The notes below the pieces were generated by a model. The model had not been told where the DNA came from and did no database searches. It was given only the letters and a program-made list of their open reading frames with translations. 47,862 bases of DNA from Planctomycetota bacterium (GTDB lineage: Bacteria > Planctomycetota > UBA1135 > UBA2386), in contig CANGSN010000001.1 in NCBI GenBank assembly GCA_947455805.1, positions 1-47,862 on the forward strand. Direction: 5' to 3'. This document shows positions 35,976 through 42,874 of the stretch, one piece after another. Numbering within the stretch: the stretch's first letter is position 1; the number at the start of each line of letters is the position of its first letter. Made by a program: the position numbers and the translations under genes.

Positions 35976-37169
35976 ATGTCCGCTACCCCCACTCCGCAGC
36001 CTCAGGCTGTTCCTCAGGCCCTCGAGGCGCCCAACCAGATCAACCTGCTCTGGGAGCGCTACCGTTCGCTCTTCTACGTCGTGGTGCTTGGCATCCTGGG
36101 CGCCATGGGTGTGCAGTACTACCTGGGCGTGCTCCATCAGGGCCGGGTCGATGCCGAATGGGCTGCTTTCTCCCAAAGCATTGGCCTGAAAGCCGCTTAC
36201 GGCAGCAAGGAGCAAATGGAGTCCCTCGCGGACTCCTACTTTGCCGGCGGCGTGGCCAGCCTCAAGGACCTGGACCTGGCCAAGTTGGAGTCCAGTTTCG
36301 AGGCGGCTCCAGCTCACCTGAAGCCCTACTACCTTTTTGCCGTCGCATGCAAGTCCAAGGTTGACAAGGACTTCGACAAGGCATTGCAGACTCTGGACAA
36401 GCTCGCTGCCGCCTATCCGCAGCACGTGCTGGTCAAGGAGTCGGAGTATCCCCCGCAGGTTCGGCAGCAAGAGCCCGAGAAGGACGACAAGAAGCCACCC
36501 ACTGCGAACCGGAAGCCGACCCTGAAGGCGACGGTGAAGGGAAGCTCGGTGCAGCTGCTGAGGGACCAGATCGCAGCCGCCAAGGCATTCCAGATGCCCG
36601 CACAGTTCGCCCGTGTCGAGGTGCCGGCGGACGCCACCAAGTACAAGTTCGAAACGGGCAAGGGCTCTTTCGTCATCGCCCTCATGCCCCAGGCGAAGCT
36701 GCACCGCGACGCCTTCATGAAGCTGGCCGATTCGACGCCGGCGTTTTGGGAGGGCACGGCAGTCGACGAGATCCGCCGTTCGACCAAGCTCAGGAAGCGC
36801 CCCATGGAGCTCCACTTCGGCTTTGACAGCAGCCGGACCGAGGATCGCACGCAGTGGGCGTCCAAGGAGCCGAGCAAGAACCAGGTGGAGTTCGAAGACG
36901 CGAATCTGAGCCACTTCGCAGGTGCGGTGTGCGGTCGCCCCGAGGCGGACGGCGATTCCGGTGGCAAATCCTGCGTGGATCGCCTGTGGATCAGCGTTGA
37001 CGACAACGCGCAGCAGGATGGCGAGCGCGTGGTGTTCGGCTACGTCGTCGAAGGCTTGGACGTGCTCAAGAGCATCTGCGAGCTGCCCATGAGCAGCACG
37101 CAGGAAGACGAGAGCGGCGAGGGACGGCCGAACGATTTGGTGCGCATCACCAAGGTCACCAAGCTGTAG
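35976..37169 (+). CDS. Membrane-anchored protein with a divergent cyclophilin-like C-terminal domain
   Basis: 397 aa with one TM helix (LFYVVVLGILGAMGVQYYL) and a helical middle region. The C-terminal blocks GKGSFVIALMPQAKLHRDAFMKL and VVFGYVVEGLDVLKSICELP....GRPNDLVRITKV follow the cyclophilin layout. The canonical FHR..GFM.QGGD core is not evident. Confidence 0.62.
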   Translation: MSATPTPQPQAVPQALEAPNQINLLWERYRSLFYVVVLGILGAMGVQYYLGVLHQGRVDAEWAAFSQSIGLKAAYGSKEQMESLADSYFAGGVASLKDLDLAKLESSFEAAPAHLKPYYLFAVACKSKVDKDFDKALQTLDKLAAAYPQHVLVKESEYPPQVRQQEPEKDDKKPPTANRKPTLKATVKGSSVQLLRDQIAAAKAFQMPAQFARVEVPADATKYKFETGKGSFVIALMPQAKLHRDAFMKLADSTPAFWEGTAVDEIRRSTKLRKRPMELHFGFDSSRTEDRTQWASKEPSKNQVEFEDANLSHFAGAVCGRPEADGDSGGKSCVDRLWISVDDNAQQDGERVVFGYVVEGLDVLKSICELPMSSTQEDESGEGRPNDLVRITKVTKL

Positions 37170-37302
37170 CTCAGCTGGCAGGCTGGCCCTGGAGCCTTGT
37201 TGCTCGGGCCGCCTGAATCCGAGCCCACACCGGGCATCGTGAGATCCGCTTCGCTCCCGACCTACCAAGAAGCGCTCAGGAACGCGCCCTGCCCGACCAT
37301 TC

Positions 37303-37339
37303 GGAGCCGACGGTGGCTCCGTTCCATTCGCTCGGGAAC
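37303..37339 (-). terminator. Tandem hairpins downstream of parB in a convergent gap
   Basis: ggagcc-gacggt-ggctcc (6 bp) is immediately followed by gttcc-attcgctcg-ggaac (5 bp). They lie 21 nt past the parB stop. No U-tract. Confidence 0.4.
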
Positions 37340-37359
37340 GACCGTAGATCGATGGAGGG

Positions 37360-38301
37360 CTACTCGCCAGACTGCGAGCGCTCTTGCGTCAGGCGGTGGT
37401 AGATGCGATCGAGCTCGTCGCGGCCGGAGCACTCGATGATGATCTGGCTGCGCTTGCGACCGTAGCGAATGCTGACGGGTGCGCCGATCGAATCGACCAG
37501 GTTCTCCTCGAGCTCATTGAGCCAAACTGGTCTGGCTCGAGCTGGCTGCTTGGGTGCTTGCGGTGCGGTCAGTGCCTGCTGTGCAGTCTTGACCTCGGCC
37601 TCGAGTTTGCGAACGGACCATGCTTGCCGGATCGCTTGATCTGCCAGCTGCACCATGGTCTGCACCTCGCTCAGGGCCAGCAGGCTTCGGGCGTGGCCCA
37701 TGCTCAGTGTTCCACGTGAAACATGCTCCTGAACTGGAGCCGGAAGATCCAAGAGGCGCAGGAAGTTCGCAACCGTGGAGCGTTCGAAGCCCACCTTCTT
37801 GGCAACACCCTCTTGGGTGGTGCCGAGGTGCTCCATCAGTGCCTTGAAGCCATGAGCCTTTTCAAGGGCGTTCAGGTCTTCGCGTTGCACGTTCTCGACC
37901 AGGCTCGCAACGGCTGCATCCTGGTCCGACATGGAGCGCACCAGAACTGGAACCTCCGTCAGCCCTGCAAGTTGTGCTGCCCGCCAACGTCGTTCGCCGG
38001 CGATGATCTCGAGGCGTTCGCCGTGCCGTCTGGCCAGGATTGGCTGCAGAATGCCGCTCGATCGAATGGACTCGGCCAACTCTGCGAGCTCGGCTGGCTC
38101 GATGGTGCGGCGAGGCTGGAACGGGCTGACCTCCAGCTTGCCAACCGGAACCTGAAGCACCTCCCCATTCGCTGGTGCCGGGTTGGGGCGGGTTGGCTCG
38201 GCGCTCGGCACGCTGGCCTGGGGCACCGAGGAGGGAGCTGGCTGCTTGGAGCCTCCGGACAAAAAGAAGTCGAGACCTCGACCCAATCGACGATCAACCA
38301 T
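37360..38301 (-). CDS. parB: Chromosome partitioning protein ParB/Spo0J
   Basis: 313-aa part of track ORF 37360-38472, starting at ATG 38301 (MVDRRLGRGLDFFLS...). Contains PFQPRR, ILQPILAR, IIAGERRWRAAQLAG and the HTH block TQEGVAKKVGFERSTVANFLRLL. Confidence 0.93.
   Translation of the reverse strand: MVDRRLGRGLDFFLSGGSKQPAPSSVPQASVPSAEPTRPNPAPANGEVLQVPVGKLEVSPFQPRRTIEPAELAELAESIRSSGILQPILARRHGERLEIIAGERRWRAAQLAGLTEVPVLVRSMSDQDAAVASLVENVQREDLNALEKAHGFKALMEHLGTTQEGVAKKVGFERSTVANFLRLLDLPAPVQEHVSRGTLSMGHARSLLALSEVQTMVQLADQAIRQAWSVRKLEAEVKTAQQALTAPQAPKQPARARPVWLNELEENLVDSIGAPVSIRYGRKRSQIIIECSGRDELDRIYHRLTQERSQSGE
37708..37723. promoter_or_regulatory. parS: parS centromere-like site, TGTTCCACGTGAAACA
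   Basis: This exact 16-mer conforms to the canonical parS consensus (TGTTNCACGTGAAACA). It lies inside the parB coding sequence. I found no second copy in the window. Confidence 0.85.
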
Positions 38302-39010
38302 GCATGACCTCCTTGACCAGCTGCGCATAACAGAGGGCAGCCTTGGTCGCTGGACTGTGAATGAAAACGGTGTTGCCGAAGCTCGCTGCTTCCACAAGGC
38401 TGGCATCGCGCAAGATCGTGGTGCGCAAGACGCGATCGCCGAGGTTGCGCCGCAGGTCCTGCAGGATCTCACCCGTCACGGGATCCGAGTAGTCCACCAT
38501 GGTGGGCAGCACTCCGCGGAGCTTGGCCTTGCCTGGGTTCTCGGCCGCCGCAGCTTCGATCGAAGAGAGCATCTGCGACAGGCCATGCATGGCGAAGAAC
38601 TCCGCCTGCACAGGGACCAGGATCTCATCGCCCAGCCGCACGCCCGCCCAGCCCCAATCGTCCATGCGCGGCGGGCAGTCGAACACCAGGAAGTCGATCG
38701 ATGCTGCCAGGCTCTGGGTGAGCTGGCTGAGCCGCTCGAAGTCCACCTTGGCATCGCGGGGCACCTCACCGAACGCGCCCGGCGAAGGAACCAGCCACAG
38801 GTTCTCGGCCACGGCAGTGAGCTCCGAAAGCACAGGATCGGGGCTTGGGGAGATGCTCATTCCCTGCAGGGCAACCGTGGCATTGCCTTGCAGGTCCAGG
38901 TCGATCAGCACGACCTTCTTCCCGCTCAAGGCGATCCCGTGGGCCAAGTGGATGGCCGTTGTGGTCTTGCCGACCCCACCCTTCTGATTCGCTAGGACGA
39001 TGGACCGCAC
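38294..39010 (-). CDS. parA: Chromosome partitioning ATPase ParA/Soj
   Basis: 238 aa with a GTG start and the deviant Walker A motif NQKGGVGKTTTAIHLA, followed by LIDLDLQGNAT. Its 3' end overlaps the parB start by 8 nt. Confidence 0.93.
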   Translation of the reverse strand: MRSIVLANQKGGVGKTTTAIHLAHGIALSGKKVVLIDLDLQGNATVALQGMSISPSPDPVLSELTAVAENLWLVPSPGAFGEVPRDAKVDFERLSQLTQSLAASIDFLVFDCPPRMDDWGWAGVRLGDEILVPVQAEFFAMHGLSQMLSSIEAAAAENPGKAKLRGVLPTMVDYSDPVTGEILQDLRRNLGDRVLRTTILRDASLVEAASFGNTVFIHSPATKAALCYAQLVKEVMHG

Positions 39011-39129
39011 TTGCCGCCTGTTCGTTTCGAGTGCGTCCGCATGCTAGCAACCGGCAAGGTGGTGAACAAACACGCCAAGGCGCGCGTGTTGACAATCCGA
39101 GCCAACCGAGCCAAGTTTGCCACGCCCCC

Positions 39130-39711
39130 ATGAACGGCCCTTGGCTGCGGCTCTTGTGCCTCGCATTCGTCGCTGCGCTTCGGCGCGCTGGCGTGCTTCC
39201 GTGGCTGATGATGGGCCTCGGCGTGGCCTGGAGCGCTTTGCTCGAACCGGTCATGCTTCGCCGGTCTGGACTGCCGCTCATCGAGTCGAGCGCCCATGCC
39301 TTGGCCTTGCTGGCTCTGCTAGCGATAGCGTCGGGCTGCTCGAACCTGCCGCGGCTGCGTGATCGCCTCGCCGTGACTGGCCTGCTCACCTGCAGCATGG
39401 CTGTGGCGCAGACCGCGCTGGCTGCGACCGCAGTCGCGCTACGCGGCCAGCCTCTCGAAGGCTCGGTCTTGCTCGAGGGCTCAGTGCGCTTCTTGCTCGC
39501 GTGGTGGCCCGTCGCCGCTACGCTGTCCGCGGCGCTGCACGGGTGGCGATCGTTCTTCGTGTGCTGCGCACAAGTTGTTTGTGGAGCTTCGGTTGCGACA
39601 TTCGAGCTGAGCGGATCCAGCGCCCTGCCGGCGCTGCTGTCGCTCGGTTCCGTGCTCGCCATCGAGCCTAGCGACCCCTCGGGCCAATATGCGAATCGGT
39701 ATTCTTGGTGA
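39130..39711 (+). CDS. Possible polytopic membrane protein (hypothetical)
   Basis: 193-aa part of track ORF 38845-39711, starting at ATG 39130 (MNGPWLRLLCLAFVAALRRAG...). It has several hydrophobic stretches and overlaps the next gene by 23 nt. There is a competing antisense ORF, so the call is weak. Confidence 0.4.
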   Translation: MNGPWLRLLCLAFVAALRRAGVLPWLMMGLGVAWSALLEPVMLRRSGLPLIESSAHALALLALLAIASGCSNLPRLRDRLAVTGLLTCSMAVAQTALAATAVALRGQPLEGSVLLEGSVRFLLAWWPVAATLSAALHGWRSFFVCCAQVVCGASVATFELSGSSALPALLSLGSVLAIEPSDPSGQYANRYSW

Positions 39712-40429
39712 CATCCACGCCAATGTCGAGGCGCTGAGCGCGGTGGTCGACGCACTGCGGCGAGAGCGCGTCGACACCTGGGTGCAGGTCGGCGACATCG
39801 TGGGGTATGGACCCGAACCGTCGGCCTGCATCGACATCGTTCGTGAGCTTGGCTGCATCACGTGCCTTGGCAACCATGACGCCGCCGTGCTCGGGCTGCT
39901 CGACACGTCCTACTTCAACAACTTCGCGCGCGCGGCCATCCACTGGACCAGCCCACGCCTGCGCCCGCAGGACCTCGAGTTCCTGCGCAGCCTGCAGCTG
40001 GTCGTGCGCACGCCGACGTTCACGGTCGTCCATGGCACGCTCAGCCTGCCCGAGCAGTTCGGCTACGTGATCAGTGCGGTCGAAGCGATCGAATCCCTCG
40101 ACCAACAGGAGACGCGGTTGTGCTTCGTCGGCCACTCGCACGTGCCGGCGATCTACCTGCGGCGCCGCGATCAGCCGAACGAGATCCACATGGTCAACCA
40201 CGCCGAGGCCGAGATCTCCTACCGCGGCTTCGACCAGGTGCTGATGAACGTCGGCAGCGTCGGCCAACCGCGCGACGAGGATCCGCGGGCGGCGTACGGC
40301 CTGGTCGACACGGACCTCGAAGTCGCCTGCGTGAAGCGCGTGCACTACGACATCGCAGGGGTGCAGAGGAAGATCCGGGCCGCGGGCCTGCCCGACGTGC
40401 TGGCGAATCGGCTCGGCCTGGGCGTCTGA
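39689..40429 (+). CDS. Metallophosphoesterase (YfcE/MJ0936-like)
   Basis: 246 aa with GDIHAN, VQVGDIVGYG, LGNHD, GHSHVP and GSVGQPRD. Confidence 0.88.
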   Translation: MRIGILGDIHANVEALSAVVDALRRERVDTWVQVGDIVGYGPEPSACIDIVRELGCITCLGNHDAAVLGLLDTSYFNNFARAAIHWTSPRLRPQDLEFLRSLQLVVRTPTFTVVHGTLSLPEQFGYVISAVEAIESLDQQETRLCFVGHSHVPAIYLRRRDQPNEIHMVNHAEAEISYRGFDQVLMNVGSVGQPRDEDPRAAYGLVDTDLEVACVKRVHYDIAGVQRKIRAAGLPDVLANRLGLGV

Positions 40430-40435
40430 CCCGCG

Positions 40436-42844
40436 ATGGTGGGCCTGCAGACAATGCGGTGGGCCATAGCGTTCGCCGTGCTCGCCACCAACGCCAGTGC
40501 GCAGCGATGGGTCGACGTCACCGGTCGCACGCCCGCTGGTCGGATCGCTCTCCACCAGGCCGCGATCGACGCCGGCACCGATGCGAGGGTTCTGCTCGTC
40601 GCCTCGCACCCTGACGATCGCTACCTCCTGCCCGCGGTCTGGCTGCGATCGACCTTCGGCATGCGCGTTTCCGTTTTGCTGGCAACGCGCGGTGGCGGTG
40701 GCCAGAACAGCGCCGGCCCGCAGAGCGGCGACGAACTGGAACGTCTTCGCACGCTCGAAGCCGAGGTCGGCTGCGCTCGCCTCGGCTGCGACGTTCTCTA
40801 TCTGGACCGTCCGGATGGCGGCTACCGGCGCTCGGCGGCGGAGACGTTCGCCGAGTGGGGGCGCGAGCAGACGCTGCAGGAACTCGTGCGCCTGCTGCGC
40901 ACCGAGCGGCCCGACGCCGTGGTGACCACGCACCACGCCGAAGAGACCCACGGCCACGATCTGGCTCTGGTCGAGCTGCTGCCCGAGGCGATCCGGGCGG
41001 CGGGCGATCCCGCCTTCCAGGCGAGCGGCGAACCGCATCGGGTGCGCACGTTCCTGATGGGGGCGGGCAGCTCGCCGTCGGCGAGGGTGCTGCGCATCGA
41101 CGCCGACCAGGTGGAGCCGGAGCGCGGGGCCTCGCTGCGGCGGTTGGCGCACGACGTCCTGCGCGAGGCCCACACCACTCCAGGTTCGCCGGCACCCATG
41201 GCAGCCGTGTTCGACGCCGAACTGCGGCTCGAGCCGCAGTCCCCGGAGCTGGTTCCCGTCGACGGACCCAGGCCGCTCGGCTTGCCGTCGGTGTTCGATG
41301 CGGATCGGTGGGAAGGCGACCCAGCCGAGGCGCGCGAGCTCGAGGTCGCGCTGTCGACCGGGGTGCGCGATCTGGTCTGGCAGCGCCAGGTCGACGTCTC
41401 GCGCCTCGTGACCTTGGTGCGCCGCATCCGTGCGCTGGTCGCCGCGAGCAAGACCCACGACAACCGCCGCCGCCTGCAGTCTCGCCTCGAAGCGGTCGAG
41501 CGCCTGACCCTGCTGGCCGCCGGCGTGCACATCGAGGTCGAAGTGCCACCCGGCACCGCGGCGATCGCCGGCGAGGAGTTCGAAGCCTCCGTGCAGTTGC
41601 ATGGCAACGCCGGGTCACCGGTGCAGTTGCGCGTCGAGGGACTCGGTGGTGTCGACGTCACCCTCGAACCGATCGAGGCCGCGACGGCGCGACACGGCAC
41701 GGCGCTCGCGAACCTCTCCGTGCGCATGCCGCTCGGCAACGAACACCATCGTGATCCGATGGCGCACCGGTTTCAGGCGCAACGCTTCGTGCCGCCAGTC
41801 CGGGTGCGCTTCTTCGTCGAGTTCGGCGATCTGGAGATCCCGGCGGACGTGACGGTGCCGGTCGAGCAGCGTGCTCCGGTCGATCTGGCCGTCGTTCCGC
41901 GCATGCTGTTGCTGCCGAGCGGGCGCCGCCAAGCACAGTTCAGCATCGGCATCCTGCGCAACAGCAGGTTTCCGGTCGAAGGCGAGCTCGTGGTCCGTGG
42001 CCCGGCTGGCTATGCGATCCCCGTCGATCGTCACCGGGTGACCTTGGACGAGCGTCGCAGCGAGATGCTGGCGCTGGTCGTCGAGGCACCGCCCGACCGT
42101 CGAACCGGCGTGGACATCCTGCGCATCCAACTCGGCAACACGCGCGTCGATCTGCCGGTGCACACGGTCGAGGTGCAGGTGCCGACCGACCTGCGTGTCG
42201 GGCTGCTGCGCAGCCGCGACGACACGTTGCCGAACGTGCTCGGCGTCGGCGGCTTCGGCGTGCGTTGGACCGAGCTGAGCGACGACGACATCGCCGTCGC
42301 CGACCTGAGTGGCCTCGACACGATCGTCGTCGACATCCGCGCCCTGCGCGATCGCCCGGCGGCGCGCCGCGGGTTCCGGCGCCTGCTCGACTTCGCGACC
42401 GGCAAAGGCCGTCGCCTCGTCGTCTTCTACCAGAAGGACTCCGAGTTCCATCCGCCCGGCGAAGGCTTCGTCGGTGCGCCGATCACCCCGTTCGTGGTCG
42501 GCAAGAACCGCGTCACACGCGCCGACGCGCCGGTGCGCGTGCTGCGCCCCGACCACGTGCTGCTGCAGCAGCCGAACGTCATCGAACCGGCCGACTGGGA
42601 CGGCTGGGAGCAGGAACGCGCGCTCTACCTGCCGAGCCTCTATGCCGGTCAGTACGAAGAGCTGCTCGAGCTCAACGACCCGGACCAACCGAGCGAGCGC
42701 GGCGCCTTGCTGTATGCGCGCACCGGCGACGGCGAGTTCGTGTATTGCGCGCTGTCGCTGTGGCGGCAATTGAAGAAGTTGCACCCCGGCGCCGTGCGCC
42801 TGCTCGCCAATCTGGTCACGCCGCGCGAGCGTCTGCGGCCCTGA
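40436..42844 (+). CDS. Large secreted PIG-L/LmbE-family deacetylase fusion protein
   Basis: 802 aa with a signal peptide (MRWAIAFAVLATNASAQ, so the start could be 40454). N-terminal VLLVASHPDDRYLL...RGGGGQN...EAEVGCARLGCDVLYLDRPDG is a PIG-L domain. I believe the long C-terminal region resembles ThuA/GATase1-like domains seen in similar 800-aa proteins (unverified). Confidence 0.78.
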   Translation: MVGLQTMRWAIAFAVLATNASAQRWVDVTGRTPAGRIALHQAAIDAGTDARVLLVASHPDDRYLLPAVWLRSTFGMRVSVLLATRGGGGQNSAGPQSGDELERLRTLEAEVGCARLGCDVLYLDRPDGGYRRSAAETFAEWGREQTLQELVRLLRTERPDAVVTTHHAEETHGHDLALVELLPEAIRAAGDPAFQASGEPHRVRTFLMGAGSSPSARVLRIDADQVEPERGASLRRLAHDVLREAHTTPGSPAPMAAVFDAELRLEPQSPELVPVDGPRPLGLPSVFDADRWEGDPAEARELEVALSTGVRDLVWQRQVDVSRLVTLVRRIRALVAASKTHDNRRRLQSRLEAVERLTLLAAGVHIEVEVPPGTAAIAGEEFEASVQLHGNAGSPVQLRVEGLGGVDVTLEPIEAATARHGTALANLSVRMPLGNEHHRDPMAHRFQAQRFVPPVRVRFFVEFGDLEIPADVTVPVEQRAPVDLAVVPRMLLLPSGRRQAQFSIGILRNSRFPVEGELVVRGPAGYAIPVDRHRVTLDERRSEMLALVVEAPPDRRTGVDILRIQLGNTRVDLPVHTVEVQVPTDLRVGLLRSRDDTLPNVLGVGGFGVRWTELSDDDIAVADLSGLDTIVVDIRALRDRPAARRGFRRLLDFATGKGRRLVVFYQKDSEFHPPGEGFVGAPITPFVVGKNRVTRADAPVRVLRPDHVLLQQPNVIEPADWDGWEQERALYLPSLYAGQYEELLELNDPDQPSERGALLYARTGDGEFVYCALSLWRQLKKLHPGAVRLLANLVTPRERLRP

Positions 42845-42874
42845 ACGCCATTCACGCGTTGGAGCGGCGTCGAG

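Noticed and set aside
35382-37268. 628-aa minus-strand ORF spanning the lipoprotein and cyclophilin-like genes
   Set aside because: It has no motifs and an odd composition (Leu/Arg/Gly/His-rich). The plus-strand genes have a lipobox, a TM helix and a recognisable domain layout with short spacing.
35400-39130. Lower-GC par block as a mobile genetic element, or as the replication origin
   Set aside because: There is no integrase, transposase, relaxase, tRNA target or flanking direct repeats. I saw only an 8-nt inverted pair, gagtctag/ctagactc, near 35380 and 35474. There is no cluster of TTATCCACA-like DnaA boxes and no dnaA or dnaN gene. I kept it only as a compositional observation.
38766-39755. 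329-aa minus-strand ORF competing with the 39130-39711 membrane ORF
   Set aside because: It is Ser/Arg/Pro/Ala-rich and overlaps the parA 5' end in another frame. It is less protein-like than the plus-strand hydrophobic ORF. Neither is strongly supported, so the plus-strand call has low confidence.
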